DNA of 30,599 nucleotides from Chthonomonadales bacterium (GCA_040004655.1 JBDUAM010000021.1:1-30599); one strand, 5' to 3'. Counted from the first letter of the stretch, positions 1-9,521 are shown. Notes: generated by a model from the letters alone, not told the origin. Program-made: numbers and translations.

Positions 1-43
1 GGATGGTTGTTTATTTGCGTCGTGGCATCTTGATAGCCCAACG

Positions 44-529
44 TCATTCATGAAGTCCGCTCGAAACAGAATTAATATTCTCAAGCGCTTGTATGGCAAA
101 GTATATTTTCTGCAAATCGTCACCTTGAGAGCGGTAAAATTCCAGAACTCGGTTCCAATGGATGATTGCCGTTTCAATTTCTCCACTGAGCTTCTTCACG
201 TCACCATAATACAAATTGGAGACAGGGTCGAATGATTGGATCGTTAGCGCCTGACTCAAGAAGCGCTCGCTGCCTTCAATATCACCGAATTCTAGTAGTA
301 TCCTCCCAATAGTCCTCAACGATATCAAGTTCCTATGGGAAATGTTTGGCCCCAATGCAATCGATGCCGCATGGTGAGTGACTGTCAGGTGTTTCTTCCC
401 TAGATTCTCCATCAATATGGCAACCTTAAATTGCAATGATGAATCGCCCGGATTCTTCTTTAATTGATTGAGCGCCTGCCTCAACACTTTTGGATCATTG
501 CTCAGGTGAAAATCACCATCTTCTTCCAT
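44..529 (-). CDS. Small TPR-like helical repeat protein
   Basis: 161-aa ORF with GGAGG RBS before the ATG. Helical segments with TPR-like spacing (IGRILLEFGDIEGSERFLSQAL; YYGDVKKLSGEIETAIIHWNRVL). Confidence 0.7.
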   Translation of the reverse strand: MEEDGDFHLSNDPKVLRQALNQLKKNPGDSSLQFKVAILMENLGKKHLTVTHHAASIALGPNISHRNLISLRTIGRILLEFGDIEGSERFLSQALTIQSFDPVSNLYYGDVKKLSGEIETAIIHWNRVLEFYRSQGDDLQKIYFAIQALENINSVSSGLHE

Positions 530-625
530 GGTCGACCTCCATATGTTTTTTCCAGGATCGTCACGACATTGACGGCTCCCTAGAGTTACCGGTGGGTCTG
601 GTTTCTCACCTCGATCAACACTCCA

Positions 626-1666
626 TCACTTAAGCAAACTCGTCGGAAGCTGCAAAACGAAACCCACTTGCACGTATTTCTTACCTGGAATATTTTTCCG
701 TTTGTATGCTATCCCAGCTATTTGGCCTTTGTCGTTTATCCCTGTGGCATCTGTCAAATGGATGTCCATCGCCGCTGGAACGAGTTTGTTCAGGTCGTAT
801 GCCACTCCCTTGCGCCACAGGCAGGCTCTATATTTCCCATATTGCACTTCGGACTGCCCGACAATTAATCCGTGATTATTAATACAAGTTGCCGATGCAT
901 TGCCACCCAATGTGGGGAGCACGGTGAACTTTCCGTTTTTCCAATAGAATGCTTTGTGATAGCCGCCGTCCATCAAATGTCCAACTACCTCCTGCCGGTC
1001 ATTGATGTGCGATGCACCTCCGTGGGACCACTTTGAATTGGTAAACATGTCCCACATCTTTCCTGCTTTATAGACAAACGGATGAAAGTCATCATCATTC
1101 AACAAAGCCGTGCCTACAATGATGCCGTTATTTGTGATGCAAGAAGCGAAGCTTTCGTTTCCACGAAGGGTGCCGAGATCAGTCAGCTTGCCCTTGCTCC
1201 AGAATGCGGCGTGTTGATGCTGGTTGGCATCTGTCGCGGTGCCGACAATATCGCCATGGTCGTTGATCCAATCCGCAGAGCTGTCTCCACCGTTAGCAAA
1301 TGTCCCTAAATTCCGAACCGATCCATTCCTCCAAATACAAGCTCTGGTTCCGCGATATCCTTCAAAAAATGTATAGCCCACTGTTTCGGACCGCTTGTTC
1401 ATAGTGCTTGCCTGACTGGGTTTTTGCGGATCCGCCGCAGGAAAAGCTATTTTCCCGTTTGACCAAATTAAGGCCCGATATTCGCTTGTTTTTGAACGAT
1501 AATCCGGATCGTGTGCTGAACATACAACGTCACCGGAGGAGCTGATGTACAGCGCGCCGACTTCCATTTCACGAAATGTGATCACTCGCAAATTGACCGT
1601 TTGAGCCGGCGTTAACGCAGGCTTTTGTGTGTTCAGGAGTGAGATCAGAGCAAATAAGGTGAACAT
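626..1666 (-). CDS. Secreted HAF-family extracellular repeat protein (paralogue A)
   Basis: Short hydrophobic N-terminus; several HAF-type repeats (DLGTLRGNESFASCITNNGIIVG, LPTLGGNASATCINNHGLIVG, ATGINDKGQIAG); AAGAGGA RBS. Confidence 0.9.
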   Translation of the reverse strand: MFTLFALISLLNTQKPALTPAQTVNLRVITFREMEVGALYISSSGDVVCSAHDPDYRSKTSEYRALIWSNGKIAFPAADPQKPSQASTMNKRSETVGYTFFEGYRGTRACIWRNGSVRNLGTFANGGDSSADWINDHGDIVGTATDANQHQHAAFWSKGKLTDLGTLRGNESFASCITNNGIIVGTALLNDDDFHPFVYKAGKMWDMFTNSKWSHGGASHINDRQEVVGHLMDGGYHKAFYWKNGKFTVLPTLGGNASATCINNHGLIVGQSEVQYGKYRACLWRKGVAYDLNKLVPAAMDIHLTDATGINDKGQIAGIAYKRKNIPGKKYVQVGFVLQLPTSLLK

Positions 1667-1699
1667 AACAACATCCTCTTGGGTCGCGGAGACGGCAAT
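1664..1699 (-). repeat. Conserved 36-bp leader/start block of HAF paralogue A (copy 1 of 2)
   Basis: cataacaacatcctctt-gggtc-gcggagacggcaat matches 3239-3274 at 33 of 36 positions. Confidence 0.85.
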
Positions 1700-1778
1700 G
1701 GAGCGGTCTCATTTCATTATTTGTTAACTCGACCATCACACTGGAGCCCAAGAACCACGCATAGCAAGTCGTCCAATA

Positions 1779-2099
1779 TCATCGATCACCAATGTCTCTT
1801 TGAACACCAGTAATTGTTCGATTTACCTCCCAACATCCAGCGCAAAGGACGAGCAAGAGAAATGCAAGCAATACAATTCTTGAGCGGCTCGGTAAATCTC
1901 GTTCCCATTTCACGTTCATCCAAACCGCGATGAGGCAACCCACTTCCATAATTGCATACAAACCGCTAACGAACATATTGATTGAGTATGCGCCTGAGAT
2001 AGCGCCGTAAACCGCGACTTGCTTCAGGAATAATACAAGGCCAAAATAGCATATGCTTGTAAGCGCCAGCTTCATTATCGGCTTAGACAGTTCGCCCAC
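1779..2099 (-). CDS. Small hypothetical membrane protein (about 3 TM helices)
   Basis: 106-aa ORF with three hydrophobic stretches; GTG start with AAGGA upstream; alternative ATG at 2075. Confidence 0.55.
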   Translation of the reverse strand: MGELSKPIMKLALTSICYFGLVLFLKQVAVYGAISGAYSINMFVSGLYAIMEVGCLIAVWMNVKWERDLPSRSRIVLLAFLLLVLCAGCWEVNRTITGVQRDIGDR

Positions 2100-2200
2100 A
2101 ACAAGAAATTCCTTTCACTTTTTGTCAACGAATTCAACAACGTTTCGGGCAAGATGACGGGGGCAACCTTTGTAAAGTGCGGACGTATTCCGTTCGTCCG

Positions 2201-3241
2201 TCACTTAAGCAAACTCGACGGTAACTGCAAAATGAACCCGACTGAATGCTTCTTCTGGCCCGGAATGTTCTTCCCTTTGTATGCCAGCCCGGTTACCTGG
2301 CCTTTGTCATTTATCCCTCTGGCTTCTATTAACTCTAGTTCCATTCCCTTCGGCACAAACTTGTTTAGATCGTATGGAACCCCTTTGCGCCACAGGCAGG
2401 CTCCCCCGTTAATCGTTGTGCCTTCAGCCCATCCCACAATCAACCCGCGATTGTTAATACACATTGCCTGTGCGGTGTCACCGCCCAGGGTCGGGAGGTA
2501 AGTGATCTTTCCGTTCTTCCAGTAGAACGCTCTGTTTTTGCGGTCAAGATGTGCAAATCCAACCACTTCCTCTTTGTCGTTGACAAAGGATGCGCTCCCA
2601 GACCCATCAGAATAGCCAAGCAGGTCCGTCATTGTTCCGCCGTTAAAGACAAATGGGTGGTTGATATTGTGGGTTGTCGTGGCAATTCCAACGATAGTCC
2701 CATGAATTGAAATGCAGTGGGCCTCACTGGTTTTCCCTCCAAGAGTGCCGATATCGCGGACCGTGCCTTTACTCCACAAGGTCGCGTGGGAATATGAGCT
2801 CGTTGTGTCCGACCAACCAACAATGTCTCCCCCATCGTTGATCCAAACAGCCCTAGCGTCATTCCCGTTTATAAGAGCAGGCAAACTCGAAACTAATCCG
2901 TTCTTCCAACGACAAGCCCGCCACGATTCATGTTCTCTGAAAAATGCAAAGCCTACCATTTCTGAACGAGTGTTCGACGCAAACGCGCAATCTGCGTGTT
3001 GTGGATGCGGCGAACGGTACTTGAGGTTGCCTTTCGACCAGCGAAATGCCTGGAAAAAATTTGGCTTGTTAGAGATGTCAGGGTCATTTACGTATCCAAC
3101 GACATCTCCACCTGAAGTTATGCTCTGGGGATTCACGTCCAATCCAACCACTGTAATTTCTTGCAATAAGGACTGCGGTTTGAGCCTAACGGTTTGCTGG
3201 TGCGCAGTTAAGAGTGTGATTATAACAAGTAAGATATGCAT
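2201..3241 (-). CDS. Secreted HAF-family extracellular repeat protein (paralogue B)
   Basis: Same length (346 aa) and repeat pattern as 626-1666 (DIGTLGGKTSEAHCISIHGTIVG, ARGINDKGQVTG); about 47% identical by manual alignment. Confidence 0.9.
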   Translation of the reverse strand: MHILLVIITLLTAHQQTVRLKPQSLLQEITVVGLDVNPQSITSGGDVVGYVNDPDISNKPNFFQAFRWSKGNLKYRSPHPQHADCAFASNTRSEMVGFAFFREHESWRACRWKNGLVSSLPALINGNDARAVWINDGGDIVGWSDTTSSYSHATLWSKGTVRDIGTLGGKTSEAHCISIHGTIVGIATTTHNINHPFVFNGGTMTDLLGYSDGSGSASFVNDKEEVVGFAHLDRKNRAFYWKNGKITYLPTLGGDTAQAMCINNRGLIVGWAEGTTINGGACLWRKGVPYDLNKFVPKGMELELIEARGINDKGQVTGLAYKGKNIPGQKKHSVGFILQLPSSLLK

Positions 3242-3274
3242 AACAACATCCTCTTAGATTGCGGAGACGGCAAT
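3239..3274 (-). repeat. Conserved 36-bp leader/start block of HAF paralogue B (copy 2 of 2)
   Basis: cataacaacatcctctt-agatt-gcggagacggcaat, matching 1664-1699. Confidence 0.85.
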
Positions 3275-3314
3275 TCCTGCATTGCCATCCGAAGGACAGC
3301 TATTGCGAGGCGTA

Positions 3315-3674
3315 TCAAAGATTTGTATTCTGGGTGCTCCGCCGAGCCTTTGACCGCTTGATAATCCTGATCCACAAAATGATGAATACCGTCCACAAGA
3401 ATGTCGTCGCGACCATCTCCAACATGAACGCCGCATTCGAATTGCCGGTTTCCGGCGGATGGCTCAAGGAGAGGATGGTCCATAGTATCAATCCGAGATA
3501 AATGTAATTCAGGCACAACATGATAAGCACTGCCAGAATTGTACCGGATATCAAAAATGGAACCGGATAACTTGTGATAGAGGTAATTGCAGGCACAATA
3601 CAGTAAGCGGCGAGTGCGCCCAGCGCTCCGCAGGTCCACCAGTCTTTTTCGGCGATGGCGTTGTTTTTATTCAT
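3315..3674 (-). CDS. Small hypothetical membrane protein (3-4 TM helices, basic C-terminal tail)
   Basis: 119-aa hydrophobic ORF; ATG with GAGG 8 nt upstream; positive-inside tail KRSKARR. Confidence 0.62.
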   Translation of the reverse strand: MNKNNAIAEKDWWTCGALGALAAYCIVPAITSITSYPVPFLISGTILAVLIMLCLNYIYLGLILWTILSLSHPPETGNSNAAFMLEMVATTFLWTVFIILWIRIIKRSKARRSTQNTNL

Positions 3675-3994
3675 GGTGCGCGCCTCATAGGTATGTTATG
3701 CGAGCAGGAGCCCACCCCGTCTGATTATCTACGTTCTACCCCGACTTCCAGGCATCAATCGCGGGTGTCCAAATCGACTCTCGACCCTGCACGCCGTGGT
3801 CATCTGTGCCGTCGTCCTGCCAAAGCCAGAAGGTACCGCCATTCAATGCGGAGATAAGTTGCTAGCTGGGGCTGAGCTGCGCAAGCGGCAGTCAGTATCA
3901 CTGCCGAGACATTCTCGCGCGGACCTCAAGGCGAATATGAAATCCGCGATCCTCTTAAACTAATCGATCTATAAATCCCATCGACTGTCGGAAA

Positions 3995-5317
3995 TCACTG
4001 CATCGACGCCCGTCTCATTGCCCGTACTGCTTTCAAGTAAGCCATTGGGTCTTCTTCTTCGTCTTCCGACACGTCTTGCTCGCCGATTGCGGCCGCGCTC
4101 GACATCTGCTCCCTCAACAGTCCGCACTGTTCCCGCATGACCATGGCCATGTCTTCGCCGCGGGTTCGGTTGATCCAGCGCATGATGCTGGAGACAAACA
4201 GCTCCTTCAGGTAGGCAAACGAGAAGCCGTCCGTCAGGGTGATGATCTCGGCAATGCCCTCATCGGCCACGCGCAGTTCCGCCTCCATCTGAGCGTTCCA
4301 CATTTCCAAATATGCGGCTCGCTCCTCGGGCGCGGGCAATTCAAACTGGTATTTGCGATCAAATCGACTGGGTCGATCCAGAATAGACGAATCGATTCGC
4401 TCCGGGTGATTGGTGGTCGCCAGCGCGACGATTCCGGCGTTCGAGGCGAATCCGTCGAGCTCATTCAAGAAGAACGATCGATTGCTATCGGTGATCAGCG
4501 AATCGAGGTCCTCCAGCACCAGAATGCAGGGAGTTGTCTGGCGAGCGCGACGGAACACCTCGGTAATGCTCGACTGGTCGGTTCTGTAATGCTGTTTGAA
4601 ACTCTTCACATAGAGGCAGGGCACCTGCAGCGAGTTGAGCAGCGCCTTGACCGTGTGCGTCTTGCCATTGCCGGGCGGCCCGATCAGAATGACGCCGCGC
4701 TTCCATGGAATCTTGTATCGCTCATAGGTCTCGCGCGATTGAAAGAACTGCGTCAGGTCATCCCGAATCTCTTGCTTCAACTTTGGCGGCAGAATCAAGT
4801 TGTCAAAATTTGCGGCTTGAATCGCCTGAAAGAGCGTCTCATCCTTCTGCCAGTAGCCATTGTTGAAGACCAGAACCTCGCCGCGAACTTCTGAACACCA
4901 GGCGTTGACCTGGTAGAAGAAGTCTCTTGCAATCTCGAATGTGTCAGCAATGATCCAGTAATTGGTGATCTCACAATGGGTACCCTGCCACTTCACCTGG
5001 ATGAACTCAAACCTGTGGCCCTGCCATTCTATGTTTAGCCAGCCGTTGCCCATGCCCGTGTGAATGCCCTCTGCAATGCCCTGAAACGAGGAGATGAATT
5101 GGCTCAACGCGCTCTCGCTAACATTGTATGTGCAGTGACCGGCGTAAGTAAACCGGTCCAGATCGAAGACATCTGACTCGCCGAGAAAGATCGCCTTGTC
5201 CGGAAATTGTGCTTCGAGTTGGGCTTGCATCTGGTAAGTAATGGCATTGGCGGGCTGGTGTAGGGTCTCTGAAATCAGGGTATCAGCAGACATTTTGGTT
5301 CTCAAATTATTTTCCAT
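3995..5317 (-). CDS. AAA+ ATPase (classical AAA clade) with uncharacterised N-terminal domain
   Basis: Walker A GPPGNGKT, Walker B ILVLEDLD, second region of homology TTNHPERIDSSILDRPSRFD. Start at 5317 or 5293. Confidence 0.92.
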   Translation of the reverse strand: MENNLRTKMSADTLISETLHQPANAITYQMQAQLEAQFPDKAIFLGESDVFDLDRFTYAGHCTYNVSESALSQFISSFQGIAEGIHTGMGNGWLNIEWQGHRFEFIQVKWQGTHCEITNYWIIADTFEIARDFFYQVNAWCSEVRGEVLVFNNGYWQKDETLFQAIQAANFDNLILPPKLKQEIRDDLTQFFQSRETYERYKIPWKRGVILIGPPGNGKTHTVKALLNSLQVPCLYVKSFKQHYRTDQSSITEVFRRARQTTPCILVLEDLDSLITDSNRSFFLNELDGFASNAGIVALATTNHPERIDSSILDRPSRFDRKYQFELPAPEERAAYLEMWNAQMEAELRVADEGIAEIITLTDGFSFAYLKELFVSSIMRWINRTRGEDMAMVMREQCGLLREQMSSAAAIGEQDVSEDEEEDPMAYLKAVRAMRRASMQ

Positions 5318-5324
5318 AGTCGTT

Positions 5325-5333
5325 AATATATCA
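5325..5333 (-). promoter_or_regulatory. Candidate extended -10 (TGaTATATT) for the AAA ATPase, leaderless geometry
   Basis: On the minus strand TG-A-TATATT ends 7 nt before the ATG at 5317; no Shine-Dalgarno before that ATG. Confidence 0.4.
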
Positions 5334-5485
5334 CGTTAAGCGCAAGATTGCACGGGATGATGGCCAGCGTGCCCACTACTCCTTCAAAATTAACCGTGGC
5401 GGTAAAGGAGTCGACGCAGAAAATGTGGAAGTCACCAAATATGGCACCGTAATTGGATTGGCAATGACGTGCAGGGGAGCATGAG

Positions 5486-7957
5486 TTGCGACAGGTGAAT
5501 TGGCGAAAGCAGGTCAGATTATTGGGATCAGGATTGGCGGCGCTTCTGCTGTCGACTCTGGTATTGCCAACCCCCGTCGCACATTCCCAGCAGCCGAAAT
5601 CCGGGCTGGATTGGTGGGCATTTCAATCTCCCGTTAAGGCCCCACCACCAAATGTCCTCGGCGCGACCAATCCTATCGATACATTCCTGCGGGCCAAATT
5701 GGCGACAAAGGGGCTGAAATTCGCACCACCTGCGGATCGGGTTACGATCATCCGCCGGGCCACGTTCGACCTGACTGGACTCCCGCCGACTCCCGAGCAG
5801 TTGAATTCCACGTACGAGAAAACCCTCACCGACCTGCTGGCATCTCCACACTATGGTGAACGCTGGGGCAGGTATTGGCTCGACGTGGTCCGCTATGGCG
5901 AGACCGATGGCGGCGAGCACAACTATGAGCGTCCCAACGCTTGGCCTTATCGAGATTACGTGATCGATGCGCTCAATCGCGACCTCCCGTACAACCAGTT
6001 CGTCCGAGAACAGATCGCTGGGGATATTCTCTTTCCAAAAGACTACAGCAAAGTTGCCGCGACCGGATTTCTTGTTTCGGGTCCGTGGGATCAGGTGAGC
6101 GCCGTGCTGAACAAAGACCCCATCATGCGGATGACATCGCGCATGGATGAGCTGGATGACATGGTCACCACGACGTCCGCGACGTTTCTTGGGCTGACCG
6201 TCAACTGCGCGCGATGCCACGATCACAAGTTCGACCCGATCCCCGCCAAAGACTATTACCGAATGGCGGCCGCATTCAGCGGAGCCGGGTTCGGCGAGAA
6301 GAGCATCGCCACCGCCGAAGAGCGCGCACGGTATGACAAAGAGACTTCGCCCATTCGGTCCGAGATATCTAAAGAAACCTCAGCATTGGCAGTTATTGAG
6401 GACAAAGTAGCAACGGGACTGCTTGTCACCAAATATGAGAAGTTCGACGCCAGTCGACGAAACAGTCCGCAGCGAATTCCCGTGAACCAGCTTTACAATC
6501 GAGAATCCTTTGCCCGAACCGAAGCTCGCTACTGGCGAATGTTGATCACGGACCAGCACAAAATCGATCCGCGCATTGATTACTTGAAGTTGAATCCCGT
6601 GGGTTATGTTCATCCACAGTGGAAGTCCGCGAAGTCTGGTTCAACCGACAAGCCTGCCATTCTTGAGATAGACCTCGGCGCGGCCAAACCGGTGAGCGAG
6701 ATCATCTGGTCATCCGACCGATCGACCGGCAAGAAGGAAGGCACCCCATCACTCTATCGCTTTGAGGCGTCAGTGGACGGCGTCAAATGGAGAACGGTCG
6801 CCTCAAACCTCGATCACGTCAGCCGAATTGAATTGGACTTGCCCGAATTATCAGACGAAGATTTCAACGCCGTCCTTACGGAAAAGGACCGACTGGGCAG
6901 GCTACTCCCAAAACTGAGAGTAATCGAATTACAAAAGAAACTTGACGCCATCCCAACTCCGCGCAAGATGTATGCGGTAAATCCGCACAATCCTGAGCAG
7001 GTATCTCTCTTGAAACGAGGGAGTGTGGCAACTCCGATCGAGCTCGTTACACCCGGCGGATTAACGTGTGTGAGACAGATGTCTCCTGATATTTCCGAGA
7101 ATGCAACCCCGACGGAAGGCGAACGGAGACTCGCTCTGGCAGATTGGATTGTAAACCCGAAAAATCCGCTCACAGCGCGCGTGATCGTGAATCGGGTCTG
7201 GTACTACCACTTTGGCGCGGGAATCGTGAATACTCCCAGCGACTTCGGGGTCAACGGAGACAGACCGTCGCACCCGGAGTTGCTCGATTGGTTGGCGGTC
7301 GCGTTCATTGAGCATGGGTGGAGCCTGAAATGGCTGCATCGGCAGATCATGACATCGCAGGCATACCAGCAATCTTCCCTGATGAACCCGGAAGCCGCAA
7401 AAGTCGACGCAGGAAACCGACTGCTCTGGCGAATGCCACTCAAACGGATGGACGCCGAAACCCTGCGCGACTCCATTCTGATGGTCACCGGCAATCTCGA
7501 TTTTAAGGCTGGCGGACCCGGTTTTGCGCTGCACCAGAATAGTGGCAGAGGCTCGTTCATCTATCACGTGCTGGAGAACGATGGTCCCGCCGTCTGGCGA
7601 CGCTCGGTCTATCGGTTCGTGGTTCGCGGCGGCGACAAAGTGCTGCTGGACAGCTTCGATTGTCCCGATCCATCCGTAGCGACCCCTCAGCGAAGCAACT
7701 CCAACACGCCCGTTCAGGCGCTGGCGCTTATGAACAATCAGTTCGTCATTCGGCAGGCCGACCTTTTTGCCAAACGATTGCAGCGGGAAGCTCCGAACTC
7801 GATTCCGGATCAGATCTCCCGGGCTTATCTGCTCGCTTTTGGTCGATTGCCAAAGCCAGATGAGCTGCAATCTGCCCTCAAATTTGTGAAGAGTCAGTCG
7901 CTCAGCCTTTACTGCCGGGCGTTGCTCAATGCCAACGAGTTTATCTACACTCCGTAA
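5486..7957 (+). CDS. DUF1549/DUF1553 (PSCyt2-PSD1) protein with CxxCH motif and a discoidin/F5-8-like insert
   Basis: Signal peptide; IRRATFDLTGLPPT, YGERWGRYWLDVVRYGET, CARCHDHKFDP, NPLTARVIVNRVW, PSHPELLDWLA; insert LEIDLGAAKPVSEI...YRFEASVDGVKW. Confidence 0.92.
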   Translation: MRQVNWRKQVRLLGSGLAALLLSTLVLPTPVAHSQQPKSGLDWWAFQSPVKAPPPNVLGATNPIDTFLRAKLATKGLKFAPPADRVTIIRRATFDLTGLPPTPEQLNSTYEKTLTDLLASPHYGERWGRYWLDVVRYGETDGGEHNYERPNAWPYRDYVIDALNRDLPYNQFVREQIAGDILFPKDYSKVAATGFLVSGPWDQVSAVLNKDPIMRMTSRMDELDDMVTTTSATFLGLTVNCARCHDHKFDPIPAKDYYRMAAAFSGAGFGEKSIATAEERARYDKETSPIRSEISKETSALAVIEDKVATGLLVTKYEKFDASRRNSPQRIPVNQLYNRESFARTEARYWRMLITDQHKIDPRIDYLKLNPVGYVHPQWKSAKSGSTDKPAILEIDLGAAKPVSEIIWSSDRSTGKKEGTPSLYRFEASVDGVKWRTVASNLDHVSRIELDLPELSDEDFNAVLTEKDRLGRLLPKLRVIELQKKLDAIPTPRKMYAVNPHNPEQVSLLKRGSVATPIELVTPGGLTCVRQMSPDISENATPTEGERRLALADWIVNPKNPLTARVIVNRVWYYHFGAGIVNTPSDFGVNGDRPSHPELLDWLAVAFIEHGWSLKWLHRQIMTSQAYQQSSLMNPEAAKVDAGNRLLWRMPLKRMDAETLRDSILMVTGNLDFKAGGPGFALHQNSGRGSFIYHVLENDGPAVWRRSVYRFVVRGGDKVLLDSFDCPDPSVATPQRSNSNTPVQALALMNNQFVIRQADLFAKRLQREAPNSIPDQISRAYLLAFGRLPKPDELQSALKFVKSQSLSLYCRALLNANEFIYTP

Positions 7958-7970
7958 AGGGATCATATCC

Positions 7971-9410
7971 ATGCCGCACGAAAATTGTGAACGCAAAACT
8001 CAAATCCCCACTCGCAGGGAGTTTCTCTGGGAGATCGGCGGCGGTCTGGCAGGGATCGCACTGGCGAGCATGGCTTCGCAAGAGTCAAGTGCCGGCACCA
8101 GAATTGCAGGTTCGAACGGCCTCTCGCACTATGCTGGAAAAGCCAAGCAAGTCATCTTTATCTCCCTTCCGGGCGGGCTGAGCCACGTCGACTCCTTCGA
8201 CTACAAACCCGAACTCTGGAAGCATCACGGGCAAGAGATCGCGGGCGCAAATACCATCGTGCCATTCAACGGTAAGCGGGGGACCGTGTTAAAGAGTCCG
8301 TGGGAGTTTCGACCCTACGGCAAGTCCGGCAAATTCCTGAGTGATCTGCTGCCAAACATCGCAGCTTGTTCCGACGATCTCACGTTCATCCACTCCATGG
8401 TCTCGCGCAGCAACGCACATGGCCCGGCGTTATTCCAGATGTCGACCGGTTTCATTCTCCAGGGGTTTCCGGCGGCGGGATCGTGGATCAGCTACGGACT
8501 CGGTTCGCTCAACAACAATCTGCCCTCGTTCGTCGTTTTGCCGGACACGCGTGGACTTCCGCCATGTGGGTCGGCGCTCTGGGGGAATGGATTTCTTCCG
8601 GCGTCGCATCAGGGAGTCATATTCGGAGAAGAGCGACAACCTATCGCCGATCTGCGTCCGCCCGCGTCCATCACCGGCAGCAACCAGGCGGCGACCTACG
8701 ATCTGCTCGGCCAGATGAATGAGTGGCATCTCAAAGAACATCCGGGCGATGACGCGCTCGCCAGTCGAATCCGAGCTTACGAACTCGCCGCCAAGATGCA
8801 GATCAGCGCGCCGGAAGTGACCAGCATCGCCGGGGAATCGGAGCGAACGAAGGAGATGTACGGCCTCAACAACCCCGTCACTCGATCTTACGGGTACAAC
8901 TGTTTGCTAACGCGAAGGCTGATCGAGCGCGGCGTGAGGTGCGTGCAGCTTTACAACGGCGGACACTTCGGGGAGCCGCGAGTCAACTGGGACGCGCATG
9001 AAGACCTGGTGACCAATCACAATAAGAATGCCGCCATCCTGGATAAGCCGACAGCCGCACTACTCCGAGACCTGAAACAGCGAGGAATGCTCGATGAGAC
9101 TCTGGTCGTCTTCACCACCGAATTCGGCCGATTGCCAATCACCGAAGGCATCGGTGAAGCGGGTCGAGACCACAACCCGGAAGGATTCACCATATTTCTG
9201 GCAGGTGCCGGCATCAGACGAGGCTTCTCCTTCGGCCAGACGGACGAGATGGGCTACCGCGCCGACAAACCAACCTCCATCTACGACCTCCACGCAACTG
9301 TGCTCCACTTGATGGGCCTCGATCACACCAAACTCACCTACTACCACAACGGCTCCAATCGTCGACTGACAGATGTCCATGGTCAGGTGATCCGGGAGAT
9401 TCTGGGTTAA
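7971..9410 (+). CDS. DUF1501 domain protein (Tat-exported, sulfatase/alkaline-phosphatase-like fold)
   Basis: Tat motif TRREFL; GGLSHVDSFDYKP, WDAHE, TTEFGR, GRDHNP. Start moved to ATG 7971, which has an AAAGGGA RBS and lies after the upstream stop. Confidence 0.93.
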   Translation: MPHENCERKTQIPTRREFLWEIGGGLAGIALASMASQESSAGTRIAGSNGLSHYAGKAKQVIFISLPGGLSHVDSFDYKPELWKHHGQEIAGANTIVPFNGKRGTVLKSPWEFRPYGKSGKFLSDLLPNIAACSDDLTFIHSMVSRSNAHGPALFQMSTGFILQGFPAAGSWISYGLGSLNNNLPSFVVLPDTRGLPPCGSALWGNGFLPASHQGVIFGEERQPIADLRPPASITGSNQAATYDLLGQMNEWHLKEHPGDDALASRIRAYELAAKMQISAPEVTSIAGESERTKEMYGLNNPVTRSYGYNCLLTRRLIERGVRCVQLYNGGHFGEPRVNWDAHEDLVTNHNKNAAILDKPTAALLRDLKQRGMLDETLVVFTTEFGRLPITEGIGEAGRDHNPEGFTIFLAGAGIRRGFSFGQTDEMGYRADKPTSIYDLHATVLHLMGLDHTKLTYYHNGSNRRLTDVHGQVIREILG

Positions 9411-9411
9411 G

Positions 9412-9432
9412 CTCTATAGCTTGCCTATAGAG
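9412..9432. other. Perfect 8-bp hairpin right after the DUF1501 stop (possible terminator or binding site)
   Basis: ctctatag-cttgc-ctatagag; no U-tract. Confidence 0.45.
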
Positions 9433-9493
9433 AAGTGCCCCGTGGACTCTACCGAATTGAATGTATTCGAGACAAAACACTTCCATGATGATA

Positions 9494-9521
9494 TGATATA
9501 CTGGAACATAAGCAACTTATG
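9494..9521 (+). promoter_or_regulatory. Extended -10 promoter with inverted repeat for TA copy 1
   Basis: TG-A-TATACT (9494-9502) followed by cataag-caa-cttatg (9507-9521). The -10 end is 45 nt from the TTG start, the same as in copy 2. Confidence 0.5.

Noticed and set aside
1-47. Possible next gene starting at an ATGA overlap with the TPR stop (MTLGYQDATTQINNH...)
   Set aside because: Only 15 codons are visible before the window edge, too little to support a call.
626-3700. Integron-like cassette array (attC sites) among the co-oriented minus-strand genes
   Set aside because: No RYYYAAC...GTTRRRY inverted-repeat structures were recognised in the spacers and no integron integrase is present.
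3740-3865. Protein-like minus-strand stretch (QLISALNGGTFWLWQDDGTDDHGVQGRESIWTPAIDAWKSG*) in the 320-bp intergenic gap
   Set aside because: About 41 codons bounded by stops, no good start or RBS, and no family recognised. It could be a gene relic but I cannot support that.
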